64,000 nt of DNA from Negaprion brevirostris (lineage: Eukaryota), in contig JARDVH010000031.1 in the NCBI GenBank assembly GCA_030324005.1, forward strand, positions 35,112,583 to 35,176,582, read 5' to 3'. The notes below the pieces were generated by a model. The model searched no databases and was not told the DNA's origin. It saw nothing but the letters and a program-made list of their open reading frames with translations. Below are positions 1 to 13,759 of the stretch, piece by piece (the stretch's first letter is position 1; the number at the start of each line of letters is the position of its first letter). Position numbers and translations under genes: made by a program.

Positions 1-1065
1 CAGAAATTTCAAATCCAACTCGGGGATCAATATTTCACTGAGTTAGCAGGTAGCATGTGCAAATAGAACACTAGAGAGATGATGGAAGTAGTTTCTGCTG
101 ATATGTATAGATGAATATTACATAGATTTCTGTCAAAACATAACGTTTTAGTATCCAGTGCATAGACCATGGTAATGCCTATTTCTTTAATGCTTTGGAG
201 GAATATGCATTCCTGAGTTTCAAACACTCATACTTTTCACAACTTGAGGATACAAAGCTAGGCGGGAATGCATAATCTGAGGGTGATGGAATGCGTCTAC
301 AGGATGATTTGTACAGATTTGGCATGTGAGCAAGAATATGCCTGATGGAGTACAAGACGGAAAATGTGAGGTAATCCATGACGATAGAAGGAGTAAATGT
401 GCAGATTGTTTTCTAAACTGCAAGAAAATAGGATATGTAGATCAACAAATGGACGTGGATGCCTTTGTCCACAAGTCCCTTAAATCCAACATGCAGGTAC
501 AGCAATCTCTTAGTAAAGCAGGTGGCATGTCAGCCTTTGTCACAAGAGCTCCAGGAGTAGTGAGGTTTTGCTTCAATTTCATAGTAGAACTGCACCTGGA
601 GTACTGTGTACAGTTTTGGTCCCCTTGCCTCAACAAGTATTACCACCATAGGGGGAGTGAAATTGTGTTTCCCCAGACTTGTTTCGGGGAAAGCAGGAAT
701 GTTTTCAGAAGAGAAATTGAGCACAATTGACCTGTATTCGTTACAATTTAGAAGAATGAGGTGATCTCATTGAAACTTATAAAATACTTCAAGAAATTGA
801 CAGGGTAGATACAGGTCAGGTGCTTTCCTTGGTCGGTGAGTCCAGAGTCAGGGGCATAATTTCAAAATGAGGGGGATGAGGAGAGCGGTGCAAGGTGACT
901 CATTGGGATATTAAGGGTAGAGATTGATATTTTATTAACAATAATGTATAAGATCAAGAGGAAAGTGTGTACAAAATGCATTGTATCCAATCAGCCACAG
1001 TTGTGTTGAACGGCGGAGCAAGCTTGACGGTGATTCAGACCTACTCCATTGGCATGTGTTCCTCT
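1..1065 (+). mobile_element. Decayed CR1 LINE, ORF2 3' part and tail
   Basis: [12 protein letters not shown] motif in ORF 326-730; CR1 3'-UTR-like end; boundaries approximate. Confidence 0.8.
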
Positions 1066-1429
1066 GATGCCAGGGTGTGTGTTACAGACTAATTCATAAA
1101 GAGTCACTTGTTTTATATCCTCAAAAAAGCTACTAAGAAAGTCTCAGGTAAAGAGAGTAGTAGCTTGTGAACTTCAGTTTTCATTCTTTGTTCTGAAACA
1201 TCAGCCAAGGTCACATTCGCAGCTTGGGATTTGCTGTCCTGGTATTCTGTTTTGGCAAAAATGTTAAGCAGGGCAGTGTCCCAACAATCTATAACCATGG
1301 CATTGTTGCTTGCAGTGAGCCACCTCGACATGTTGTACAAAGTCTGCGCACAGATCAGTACTTCCGTCCATTTTTTTGCCAGAAACTTACAACAATGTAC
1401 AGCATCACGTAGACGTCATGTCTACAAAG

Positions 1430-2420
1430 GCAGATGGGGGAATTTAAATTTAATTAAGTAAATCAGAAATATAAAGCTAGTCTCTAATGGTGATCATGAA
1501 AGTACCAAATTGTTGTAAAAATCGTTTTGATTGACTCCAGACCTGTTGCGATGCAGTTGATTCTTAGCTGCACTCAGAATTAGTTGAGCAAGCTAGGCAG
1601 TTGTTTTAAACTGCGTGGAAAAAGTAAAAAAAAAACAGGGCAGACCACTTGGCATTGACCTAGGCATTAGGCACTCTCAGTAACTTCTTAGTAACATATG
1701 GGGTCTTGTAGTAAAATTGGGAGAGCATTCCCACAGACTGGTCAAACAATAGCCTTACGTAGTCATACTCAAAAGAATTGTAACTCTCGGACAACATCCC
1801 AACCTCCTTTTTCACCAGAGATGGCACCATAGTGATACACATTCAGGAACCATTGTCCTTGGGAGACTTCAACATTGATGTTAAACCCTATGAAATCTTG
1901 TGGCATCCTGGCAAACTTTGTGCTAATTATCACCTACTGCCCTCCCTCAGCTAATGAATCAGTACTCTTCCATATTGGAAAAAAAATTGGAAGAGGTGGT
2001 GTGGGGAGCAAGAAGGCAGAATATGAGGGACAAAGAGGCCTCATAGCACCACTATTGACTGTGCTGGATGAATCATGAAGGACATATATGCAAGGCAGGA
2101 CTGGTGGTGAGAGAACTAACAGGAGGGAAAGACCAAGTTGAAATGTCCTCGGCAATCTACGTGTCACATGCATCTGTCTATGACAAATGTTGGGAGTAAC
2201 CACTCTATAGCCCATAATATGGGACTTTGTCCCCCCTTCACATTGAGGATATCCTCCATTGTGTTGTGATACTGCCACCGTGCTAAATGAGATCAGATCT
2301 AGCAGCTCAACAGTTGACATTTTTGAGGCTCTGGCAAAATTGTACCAAACCACAGTCTGTAAACTGGTGACCCAGCATATCTTTTATTCTACCACTACCA
2401 TCGAACCAAGTGGATGTGCG
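1430..2420 (+). mobile_element. CR1-group LINE 5' fragment with apurinic endonuclease remnant
   Basis: LIITYCPPSANESVLFH resembles the APE YRPP motif; fragmented; boundaries approximate. Confidence 0.6.
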
Positions 2421-4839
2421 CATCCCTCTACCTTCACCATCAAGGCAAAGGAGTGCATTCTGCAATTCCCACTTTCATCCGTACAGGTTTCAAGCATCTG
2501 GAGCCAGTTAGGCAACTCCTCTGCTTCCACCATCTGGATCCCTATAACTACTTCATGCAGTCACATCCTCTTGTTCCTGACCACTCACCAAAAGAGAAGA
2601 CTGTGTATCCGAATGGGTGTGCCTACCTCCTGGTACAAAGTGTCCAAGTAACTTTCCCCTCCCTCCCTGATGCCAGTGTTTGCTCTGTGACTGAACAAAG
2701 CTCCTCAAGCTACAGACACTGACGGACATGTTTTTCCTGGATCACACCAGTGCCCAGGACCTCCCACGTTCTGCAGTTGCAACACATCACTGCCATCTTT
2801 ATTCTGAGTTAAGTAATTTATAATCAATGAAACATTGCTCCTTACAGTCATCATCACTACTGATAGTAAACATTACAACTAATAAAACCTTACAATTATT
2901 AATAAATGGAATTTTGATAAATTAAGTATTCAGCAATCAGTTACCTCCTTTTTTTTCCTGTGATGTCCCATCTTGGATTTGTTCTAGGCAACAAGTTATC
3001 ACGTAATTTTATCACTAGCTAGGCAAGCCGGAACTGAAATCTTATTTCCCATTCCATTTCTGTGATTGTTTTGTGAAGCCGCAAGTTATGTCTCCTGTGC
3101 AGAGCAGATCGATCTTTTTGTTGTGCAATGATCCTGTGCACTCTAGTGCTTATGTAGCAGATAGTTAAATTTATAGTGTACCTCCTTCTTGCAGAAAAAG
3201 TCCAGTGAGAAAGTTATGTAACTTTCCATAGGTTCTATGATCATTTTACCAGCAACTGTTAGTTATGTCCCAGTTAATATCAAGGCAGTTTATAATGAGC
3301 AATTCTTGCACATTTACTTTGTTTTTAACTGTAGCGTGTAACATTTTCTGGGACGATTATTACTGAAACTGATGTTCTGCTTGCCACTTGATATTCAGAT
3401 GTCTCTTTTCACTTGGAATTTTATGTTTCTGTAATAAATCCGTAAGGAAAATTCACAACATTGAAGTAAGCTACATGCTAGTAGGATCATCTTCATGTGC
3501 TTTGCATTCTTCACCCCTATTCATCAGTCCCCCAGGACTTGCTGTGATATACTTAAGTTTGTGCCAAGTTATTCATTTTGGATTAGCCTACAAATTAGCC
3601 TATGGGTCAGGTCTCAATATTTCATGTCACTATAGTAAGAGGTAAAATCTGATTTGTCAAGATTATATTTTAATATGCATTGTTTCCCACAATTTCATCA
3701 TCTGTTCTTAGTGTGTGAAAGGTGCATAGAAGTTAAGGCGGAAAATATTTTACTTTATTTTCTAATGTGTTGTAGTAATAATTATTATCACTGTTGTATT
3801 TGAACATGGAAGTACCTTCACTATTTTAACTTTTACAATATGCAGAAATGCATCCATTAAAAATGAATCGTTTTACAGAAATTCTCACTTCCAGTGGGCA
3901 AGCACACTTGCCTGAAATGCATATCAAAATTTCAGTTGAAATCGCTTATAATTTTCTAACCATTAATTTAAATCACATAAGTCATAGACAATGTGTGGCC
4001 CCTTCTGACAGTGCAGATTTTTGAAGTCACTGGTGGAATGTTTATGGTGGAACATGAGTCCCAGATGTAGGCCTGTCATGTGTGAAAAACAAAAGTGATT
4101 TTCCTTGGCTCTTTACTATAACAAGCATAAGTGCTGTCGCATCAAACAGATTCTAGTGAAGTAAGAGCTTCTTGTAAAGAAATGCCAGGGTTTTGCAACC
4201 TTTTTGCTCTGGAGGCCACATTTACATTTTTTTCTCACTCAAGCAGATATGGAAAAATAAAGTTTGGCACAACAGTAAACTGAATTTCAAAACTAAAGTT
4301 GCGATATTAAGAAACAATTGCTGAACGAAAGCAATACCATGACATTAAATTGTTAAAGAGTAATGACCAGAGTGTGAGAGAATGTTTGTGTGTATATGGC
4401 TCACTTCCAGGTTAAGGTTGCTCATTAACTCGCCCTCTCTCTCTCTCACTCATATGCGCGCGTGCACGCGCACACATACTTGCTATACTTTGGTGTGTAC
4501 TTTGGGGGAATAAGAAATCTGAGACACGGTAAGACAGACACTTGCTCCTTCTCTCGCCTGCTCCCCCTCTCTGAGCCTGCCTATCAGCAGCAAATGTGGG
4601 CAAGGGATAGCCTGTGTTTGGAAGGGTAGCCTCTTGCAAAACCTTGAATTTCACTTACGTACATTTTGGACTTCATGGTCTGTCTTGCACTCTTTTCAAC
4701 TGTGACTCTGGGGACCTGGCAGAAGGACTTCGAGACACAATGCGGTTACCAGTTAAACAGATGATTTTCTTTCACTTCTACCTTGAAATAATTTATATTT
4801 TAGCAAAACTAAACATTTTCATACAATCTTTTATTCTAG

Positions 4840-4921
4840 AATCTTTCCGTGTGTCCAGAAGATGAATCCATCATTATGTCATCCTTTGTGAACACCATGA
4901 CTTCCTTGAGTGTAAAGCAAG
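4840..4921 (+). CDS. NCKAP1: NCKAP1 coding exon (~exon 14, 82 bp)
   Basis: ttctag| acceptor, |gtgaac donor; reads [27 protein letters not shown], matching vertebrate NCKAP1 as recalled. Confidence 0.96.
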
Positions 4922-5064
4922 GTGAACCAATCATTCATTTTGATTCATGTTAACAAATACTTCAACATTTTGTCTACTTTGAGAGTAAATTTAAAGTGAA
5001 CTTATGTTTCATAATGGAATGCAGTTTTTCTTGTAAAAGTTAAAACATTCTTTTTGCTATGTAG

Positions 5065-5123
5065 TTGAAGATGGAGAAGTATTTGATTTCCGAGGAATGA
5101 GACTGGACTGGTTTAGGCTGCAG
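5065..5123 (+). CDS. NCKAP1: NCKAP1 coding exon (~exon 15, 59 bp)
   Basis: atgtag| ... cag|gtaaga; (V)[19 protein letters not shown]; phase joins previous exon. Confidence 0.96.
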
Positions 5124-5914
5124 GTAAGAGCAGAGTGACCTTATTCATTGGCAATGCTGAAACAAATGTGTTCAGATGACAGCTGTAGAATTAATAAAAT
5201 GTTAGTAGGAAAAGTCTCATTGCTTCTTTTCCTTTTGGTCTCCTGAATTGGAAACCATTTGTAATGGTGTGAACATCTGTTAGTGTCAAACAAGAAATAT
5301 TATTTGGCTAACTGGAATAAATTCATTTATACCTATTAATGTATCCTTATTCTTGGAAGATTTTTCTTGAATTTTTTTCATTTGTTTGAGCATCTATCCA
5401 TAAATTCTTATCTCGGGCATCTTATCAGCAAAATTGGAGCCTGTTATGCTGCACGGAAAATAAGGCTGAAGTGATATTAACAGTTTTACAGTCCAAATTT
5501 TTAAATCTTTAACATNNNNNNNNNNCCCGATCCCAGGAGAGTGCATGTCTGCTAATAGACAGGTGTAGCCCCTCCAGCATTGAGGGCTGTGATACTTAAA
5601 TGTTACACAACTGATTGGAACAGGCTGAATGGACCAGCTGGTCTTTTTCTATTTGCTTTTTTCCTGTATTTGTCTGCACCATGAGTGCAGAAAACACCAT
5701 TTGCTGAAAATGCATTAACAGACAGTGATCAGAGCAATGCACTACAGACTTGAAGAAATGATGGATTTACTATTTATTTTAGTGTAAATGATTTAGACAA
5801 AGGTTTATAAATTACACCTGTGGTATAATAGATCAAATAACCAGAATTATTAGCAAAACACAATATATGCAATGAAATCACAAGCCATTGCAATTCGTTT
5901 TTGATTTATATAAT

Positions 5915-6920
5915 CATGGGATGGTTACAGGACAGTAAGGGGCCATTTGGCCATCATCTCCTTACTGGCTGTCTTGGACATGCTTCCCTGTCTATTCTGT
6001 GTCAATACACACTTTTTCTCCTCAGATAATTAATCTGTTATCTTTTGATGGCCTAAATTGAGCCTAACCCACACTCAGGTAGTCCTTTCCAAATCCTCAC
6101 CTCAAGTCTAATTGTTTTTTCTCAAATCATTATTGTTTTGCTTGTCAGCTGAAATCCGTGTGTTTTGGTTTTGGTTCCTTCCGCCAGCCAGGATACTCCC
6201 TACCTATACTTTCCAGATTAGTTGTGCTGTTAAAAACCGCTACTAAATTTCTACTTGACCTCTTTTGAAGGAGAACAGTCCCAGCTACTCCGATCTATTG
6301 ACCTAGCTGAAGTTCTTTAGCCCTGGAACCATTCTTGTGAATCATTTTTACATCCCTCGAATACCTTCACATCCTGCCTGAAGTGTGATGTCCAAGACTG
6401 TTCACTGTACTCAACTGAGTGTTTTATACAATTTTATTGTAGCTTCCTTGTTTTGGTACACTTGCCAAATTAAAAAGCCCAAAATCCTTATGCTTTCTCT
6501 ACCTCGCCTGTCACCATCAATGACTTCAGACACATTAGTGACTCAGGTCCCTGTTCACCTGTACCCACTTTCAAATTGTACCTTTTATTTTAATTGTCTT
6601 TCATTGTTCTTCCTACCAAAATGAATCACTCCTCACCCCTCTGCACTAACTTTCATCTGTCACCTGTCTGCCCTTTGCAGCACCTCACCTATGTCCTCTT
6701 GAAGCTTAACACTATCCTCATAGTTCACAATATTTCTAAATTTTCTGTCAGTTGCTCATTGAAATTGGGTCTCCCGAGTATGAGTCATTAAGGTAGATCA
6801 AGAAGAGTTTCTAATACTGAACCTTAGGAATTCCCACTGTACGCCCTCCTCCAATTAGAAAAACAACCATTTACAACCTATTTCCTGTTGCTCAGTCAAT
6901 TGTCTGTGAACATTGGTTTT
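5915..6920 (-). mobile_element. Strongly decayed CR1 LINE ORF2 3' region
   Basis: Reverse-complement similarity to other CR1 copies in the window (ggccatttggcc, gaaggagaacagtcccagct, ccctggaaccattct). Confidence 0.65.
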
Positions 6921-7129
6921 CCTCTCTGGTGTTACCTCCTGGTTTCTACACTTCTACTCAGTTAATTTCATCCCTTCCCAAAAATACGAGCAAATTGTTT
7001 GCCAAGGCCACAGCTTCTGGCTGTTTGGGTGCAACCCATCCAGTCATTAAAGATCCCATCTTCTCCCAGATCGGTCCAAATATCCCACAAGTTAAAAGCC
7101 CTCCTTCATGCGCCACCTCCCCAACCAGA

Positions 7130-7537
7130 CTGTTATTTGCTCTAATGTGTTTTTTTACTTCACTTGCACGTGGTGCTGGGAATGATTGAAGAGTACAATC
7201 TGTGAGGTCCTGCTTGCTCGCTTCTTTTCTAGCTCCCTAAACAATTCCTTCAGGATCTCATCCCTCTTTTTATCTATGCTGTACCAATATGGACCATGAT
7301 TCCTGGCTGTTCACCCTCCCCTCCCACCTTCAGTGTGTTCTGCAACTGTCCACCAGGGAAGCAACATACTACCTGACTTTACTTCTGCAGCTGTAATATT
7401 CTTGTCTTTTCTCCTAACTATGTAATTGCCTATCATTTTTGTTTTTTTCCAATATTTTTTATCCCACCCGTGAATCTGAGCCAGCCACAGCACAGTAGAT
7501 AAGGCTCTGGCTGCAGAACTTGGAGGAGTCATCAGTT

Positions 7538-7581
<44 letters not shown>

Positions 7582-7900
7582 CCTCTCTCTCTCTCTCTCT
7601 CCCTCTCCCTCTCCCTCTCCCTCTCTCTCGAGTCTTCAGAAGAGAATACTGTTAGTGAGATACACTCTGGTGATTCCTGCACTACGTGTCTCAACTTTGA
7701 CTGTCTGATGGTGATGCATTTTCTCTCTGCCTACACGCCTTTAAGTTGTGGGATGGCCACATGCATAAATATAGTATCCACAGATCTCGGAACCTTACAG
7801 ATGCGCCACGGTGACTTCAGCAACTGCTCAAGTTCCAAACCCATGATGCATCCTGGAGTTCCCTCATATATGCATATGTTCCCTCAAGATATACGCCTCT
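7130..7900 (-). mobile_element. CR1 ORF1/5' region fragment, interrupted by a microsatellite
   Basis: tgtgaggtcctgctt, caggatctcatccctct, gtaccaatatggaccatg resemble antisense CR1 ORF1 esterase sequence (pattern recall). Confidence 0.55.
7537..7629. repeat. (CT)n / (CTCTCC)n microsatellite
   Basis: Directly visible; source of the spurious RERERE and SLSLSL ORFs. Confidence 0.97.
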
Positions 7901-8721
7901 GGCCTCTATTTATTAGATTATTATACTTGCTATTTTAATTTAGGAAAGATTCACCAGTAACTCGCCAAGCAGCTGTCCCCTATGCTGATGTCACTTCATT
8001 TTATATGGGGGTTAACTAAAATGTTTAACCTTAACTCTAAAATTTAAGGTGTTTAGATGATTAATTTACTGAAAAATTCAAGCAACTTTAGCTTTACTAT
8101 TCCCTAGGATCTAATTGATTTAATTGAGCATGGATTTTAATTCCATAGATTTCTTCACAGTTTGGATCCAGTGGCTTTACAGCATGTGATAAATACTGTT
8201 CTATTTGATCATTTTTCTCACACTATTGAATGATCTTGTATCCAAGTTACAATCTTATTTTTATAATGAGACCCAATATTGGATCTGTGATCAAAACCAT
8301 TGATGGTAGTTATTTTGTTGGCAATATGAAGCAAAAAGTTCCAAATGCGTGGAATCTGGAAAGGATAGAAATCGATGCTAATAAAACATTAGGTCTGTTA
8401 TCATGTGTAAAGAGAAAAAGTGGATTGATGTTTTGTCAGAAATCTTGTTAAAAATCTGTAATCATCTACAGATGCTTACAGATCTGGTGAGTATTGGCAA
8501 CATCTGTTTTTGTTTTGAAGTTGATGGGTAGTTTGGTTTCCCTTTGGATAGCACTGTGGTTACATTCACTGATGTATTTCCATTGATATTTAGTTTGAAC
8601 AATACCCTTAATCTCTACGTCTATTTGTTTTGTGCATATTAAATTTGTAATTGTGCATTTTTAATTTGTGTATACTATATTTAATAAATGCAATGCTTGG
8701 CAATTGCAGTTTGAACTTCAT

Positions 8722-8838
8722 GGGTGGAGTTTTCCTGTCCCATCTGCCACAGAAATCATAGCAGGCAGAGCGGACCATGCAAAGGTCTTCGGCAAGAATT
8801 TCTGATCTTGGGGTGAGCACAGCTAGAAAATCCCACCC
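8722..8838. mobile_element. Short MITE-like element with imperfect 14-bp terminal inverted repeats
   Basis: gggtggagttttcc ... agaaaatcccaccc (reverse complement gggtgggattttct). Confidence 0.5.
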
Positions 8839-9699
8839 TACATCCATAGCTACCTTTCAGCCACAGAAGTGAAGGGTTCTTCCTCATTTGTGATGAGCTT
8901 GACTTGAGCATTGTCATTTAGGCACCACAACTGACATTCAAGCTCACTTGAGCTAGAATAAGACGTGTCCTGTTCTCCAGCAGTCTAAAAACTTGCTGAC
9001 ATGGTCTCTAGTTTCACACTAACTTGGTTTGAGATAATGTGAATTTCATGAGGACAGTGCAACTGACATGCATTTTAAGGCACTTGATTAAACTTTCTTT
9101 ATTCAGTCATGGAATGTAGCTGGTGTTAGCAAGTTCAGCATTTATTATTGATTCTTTCCTGTGCTTGCTGAGGTTGTGATGAGCTCTTGGTGCCTTGCTC
9201 AGTCATTTCATATTGATGTGGATCTGGAGTCATAAAAAGGCCAGATTGGATAAAGACAGTCCTTCCCTATAAAAGAAGTTAGTGAATTGGTTGGGTTTTA
9301 CATGATTTCCATATAATCCATACAGTGCAGAAGGATGCCATTTGGCATCACATCTGTACAGACTGTCTGACAGAGCATCTTACACAAGCCCTCTCCCACC
9401 CTATACCTGTAATTCCACACACTTATCGTGGCTAATCCACCTAACTGCACACTAAGGAGCAAGTTACAATAACCAGTCCACCTAACTTGCAATGTTTGGA
9501 TTGTTATATTAGCTTTTAATTTAAACTCTCATCTTTGGGTTGGTAGCCCAGTACTCTGGATTATTAGTCCAGTTACATAACCACTACGCTACTGCACCTA
9601 TCAAGTACCACAGTACTTGACTTGTTTATGGGATTAAAGCAGCAGGTACTGTGTGGGTACAAAATTGAATAAAGGACAGAAATACTCAACATTTGGGTA

Positions 9700-10470
9700 T
9701 ATGGATGGCAAAAGATTGCAAAATGCTGCAGTACAATTTTTCTGGGCATCCTTGTATGTGCAATTTAGTTATTGTGCAAGTACTATTAGTGTTTGACAAG
9801 GAAAAATGATTGACCTTTATTGCAAAGGGGTTCAAGTGTAAAAATAAGGAAGACTTGCTATAACTGCGCAGGGCATTGATGAGACCACACTTAGAATACT
9901 GTGCACAGTTTTTGGTTGTTTTATTTGAGAAGGGAGGTACTTGTATTGAAAGCAATTTAGTAAAGATTCACAATGCTGATTCCTGGGATAAAGAGGTTGT
10001 CTTATGAGGAGAGGTTGAGTAGGTTGGGACTGGAATTTAGAAGAACTAAGGGATCTTGTTGAAACAAGATTCTGCGGGGATGTGATGGAGTAGATGCTGA
10101 GAGGATGTTTCCACTTTTTGGGGGCATTTACATCCTGACAGGCACAGCTTTAAAAATAAGGGATCTCCTGCTTATAACTGTGATTAGGAGAGATTTCCTT
10201 TAGAGGGTGTCCATATTTGGAATAGATAAGGCAGATAGTCAACATCTTTTCCTGAAGGTAGGGTAGTCTGAAACTAGAGAGCATAGGTTTATTGGCTGGG
10301 TCATTGAATATTCAAGACTGAATTAGACAAGATTTTTGATTTGTAAGAGAGTCATGGGCTTTGGGACAGGTAGGAGAGTGGAGTTAAGGCCACCATCAAT
10401 TCAGCCATGATCTTGTTGAAGAATGGAGAAGGCATTTGGGGCATATTGCCTACTTCTGTGATTTTAATGA
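9700..10470 (+). mobile_element. Decayed CR1 LINE 3' fragment
   Basis: gagaccacacttagaatactgtgcacagtttt (RPHLEYCAQF); tail cagccatgatcttgttgaa. Confidence 0.85.
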
Positions 10471-11017
10471 TATGAACATCAGACAAGTTGTCAGTAGTGA
10501 GAAGGCTAGTGACCAACTTGAGGACATAGACTTCTGAAATAGGCAGACAATTGGCAGATTAAATTTAAAGCTGAGAAGTGCAAAGTGACTCATTTTAGTA
10601 GGAAGAATGAGAAGCTATAATACATTTTAAACTGAGGNNNNNNNNNNNNNNNNNNNNNNNNNNNNNNNNNNNNNNNNNNNNNNNNNNNNNNNNNNNNNNN
10701 NNNNNNNNNNNNNNNNNNNNNNNNNNNNNNNNNNNNNTTTAAACTGAGGCCATGCAGGAATGAAGAGGTGCATCCATAAACATCTTTGAAGGTGGCAGAA
10801 TATGTTGAGTACACACATGAAGTGTGTTGGTTTTTGAGTTGGAGGCATGGAGCACAAAAGCAAGGAAGTTATGCTAAATTTTATAAAATATTGGTTCAGC
10901 CCCAAGTGGAGTATTATGGCTAAATTTGGACACCACACTTTAGGAAAAATGTTGAAGCTTGGAGAAAGTGCAGAGGAAAATTGCAAGAATGAATGAAAGT
11001 GCTAATGTAGCTAAAAT

Positions 11018-11290
11018 GGCATTGTGGTTAGCACTGCTGTCTCAGCGCCAGGGAGCCAGATTTGATTCCCGGTTTGGGTCACTGTGCGAAGTCTGCGCAT
11101 TCTCCCCATGTCTTCGTGAGTTTCCTCTGGTTTCCCCCCACAGTCTAAAAGACATGTTGGTTTTGGTGCATTGGCCATGCTAAATTCTCCGTCACTGTTC
11201 CCAAACAGGTGACATGGGGATTTTCACAGTAACTTCATTGCAGTGTTAATGTAAGCCTGCTTGCGATACTAATAAATAAACTTCAAAAAA
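11018..11290 (+). mobile_element. tRNA-head SINE with A-rich tail, inserted into a CR1
   Basis: gtggttagcactgctgtctcagcgccaggga A-box head, ttgattcc B-box, ends ctaataaataaa. Confidence 0.85.
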
Positions 11291-11294
11291 CGTA

Positions 11295-11670
11295 GGAGGC
11301 TTGAGGGTGATCTTATAGAGATCTATAAAATAAGGGGGGCATAGGTAAGGTAGATAGTCAACATCTTTTCTAGAAGGTAGGGTAGTTGAAAACTAGAGAG
11401 CATAAGTTTAAGGGGAGAGATACAAAAGGGTCCAGAGGGGCAGTTTTTTTCAGAGAGTGGTGAGTGTCTGGAATGAGCTGCCAGAAATAGTAGTAGAGGT
11501 GGGTACAGTTTTGTCTTCTAAAAAGCATTTAGACAGTTATATATGTAAGATGGGCATAGAGGGATATGGGCCAAATGCAGGCAATTGGAAATAGCTTTGT
11601 GGTAAAAGCTGAGCGGCATTTGAGCCAAAGAGCCTCTTTCCATGCTGCAAACCTCTGACTATGACTCTAT
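11295..11670 (+). mobile_element. CR1 LINE 3' fragment
   Basis: aggcttgagggtgatcttatagagatctataaaat; tail ctctgactatgactctat; same family as 27567-28690. Confidence 0.85.
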
Positions 11671-11811
11671 ATGTAGAAACTAATAAAACTGGGGTTGGTT
11701 TCTTGGGTCAGAGAAAGTTAAGGGGAGATTTGATAATGGTGATCAAACTCAGAGGTTTTGATTGAGCAGCTAAGAAGAAACTGTTACCAATGGGAAGAGG
11801 CTCAGTAACTG

Positions 11812-12283
11812 AACATAAGAAATAGGAGCAGGAGTAGGCCCTCTAGCCCTTCGAGCCTGCCCCACCATTCAGTAAGATCATGGCTGATCTGAAGTGGATC
11901 AATTCCACTTTCCCGCTTTCTCCCCATAGCCCTTAATTCCCTTGTCTATCAGAAACCTATCTACCCATGACTTAAATATATNNNNNNNNNNNNNNNNNNN
12001 NNNNNNNNNNNNNNNNNNNNNNNNNNNNNNNNNNNNNNNNNNNNNNNNNNNNNNNNNNNNNNNNNNNNNNNNNNNNNNNNNCCCTCATCTCCGGTATCAG
12101 CCTAGTGAACCTTCTCTGCACTCCCTCCAAGGCCAATATATCCTTCTGCAAGTGCGGCAACCAAAACTGCACGCAGTACACCAGCTGTGGCCTCACCAGT
12201 ACGCTGTACAGTTGCAGCAAGACCTCCCTGCTTTTATATTCTATCCCCCTCGCTGTGAAGGCCAACATTCCATTTGCCGCCTT
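11812..12283 (-). mobile_element. Young CR1 LINE 3' end (with N gap)
   Basis: [43 protein letters not shown] open; tail aacataagaaataggagcaggagtaggcc shared with 49980-50046 and 58040-58142. Confidence 0.92.
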
Positions 12284-13502
12284 GACCAAAGAACTGGAGG
12301 CCACATAAGGGAAGAACATTTTCTGCTATTTGCCAATGCCATCCGTATGCAGCTCCAGTGTTTTACTCCATAATGTTACTGTGAGCAACAGAGTAGGCAG
12401 CAGTCAGGAGCAGAGACATTTGTACAATTATTGGCAACGCAGGCAGTATTTTACAATTTCTGCTTCTTGTAACATATAAAAAAAACTTCCAAAATAAATC
12501 AAAGAAGCAAAGTTGAAACTTGACCCGTGGTTTAAAAAAAACAATCTTCACGATAGCTGTGCAGAACATCAGATGCCCCTGTTTGCTTACACAACAACAG
12601 TGGCATCTCAGCTTCTAAAAATTCTAATGTCCAGCATAGTAAACATTGAACAAGGTGTGGGCTGATGATATTGAGAATTTCAGGTGCCAAACTACGACAG
12701 CAAAGTCCATGAGTCTTTAATTATTAAGCCTTAAAAGAAAAATAAAATAGTAATGTTCAGGGGAAACAGAAACAGTTCAGTTTGCAACTTTTAATTGTAG
12801 TCTTAGAAGTAAATATTCAGCCTTTTTGTACCAATGAGACTAGAAAAGGGCTATTGAAAAAGATTGCCACAAGAACAAAAACTTTCTAGCAGAATGAAGT
12901 CTTTGGATTTCTGTGCATGCATAGATCAGTGTTGGTAGCCATCTTGTGTTGGCAGGAGATGGTGACCACTGCCTTAAAGTGAAAAAGCAGATCCAATAAT
13001 AATTCAGGGACTGAGTGCATACTTGGTGGGGAAGATTTTGCAGGACTTTAGGAAAAGAGCAAGGGACTGAGATAAGCCAGCACAGGCACAATGGGATGGA
13101 TGGCTGCCTTCTGTACTTCATTATGCTATGATTCTGTGACAGGTTAGGTAGATTGGCCATGCTAAATTGCTCTTAGTTTCACAAAATGTGCAGGTTAGAT
13201 GGATTAGCCACGATAAATGTAGGGTCATGGCGATAGGACAAGGGGAGAGGGCGTGGATAAAATAGTCTGATAGAGAGTTAGTGCAGACTTGATGGACCAC
13301 ATGGCCTTCTGCATTGAAGGGATTCTATGATAAAGAGGGGCCTCTTGGCTGAGGTACTGAGAATAGTTTGTGGAACTATTACCTCAGCAAGTTCAAAATG
13401 TTCAAGGCAAAGAATGGTGGAAAATTAACAGAATAATTTAAAAGATTTTTTGTAATCTTCATAAGATTATACTTGATCAAAAAATACTTACTTTGTTTGC
13501 AG

Positions 13503-13648
13503 GCCTACACCAGTGTTTCCAAGGCTTCTCTTAATCTGTCAGATCACAAGGAGCTAGGAAAAATGATGAACACTATTATTTTTCACACAAAAATGGTAGA
13601 TTCTTTGGTTGAAATGCTGGTGGAAACATCCGATCTCTCTATCTTCTG
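13503..13648 (+). CDS. NCKAP1: NCKAP1 coding exon (~exon 16, 146 bp)
   Basis: ttgcag| ... tg|gtgagt; [48 protein letters not shown]. Confidence 0.96.
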
Positions 13649-13759
13649 GTGAGTACTTACACTATCTCTCACTCCCGGGATTAAGAACTTGTTTTTTGTG
13701 AATGCGTTAAAGTAGGAGCAGTCAAACATTTTAATAGAAGCATTCAGACTGAGGTAGAC

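Noticed and set aside
1113-1410. ~100-codon stop-free minus frame
   Set aside because: No recognisable motif or splice signals; sits between LINE fragments; length compatible with chance.
7311-7708. ORFs with RERERE / SLSLSL runs
   Set aside because: Translation of the (CT)n microsatellite within a CR1 fragment.
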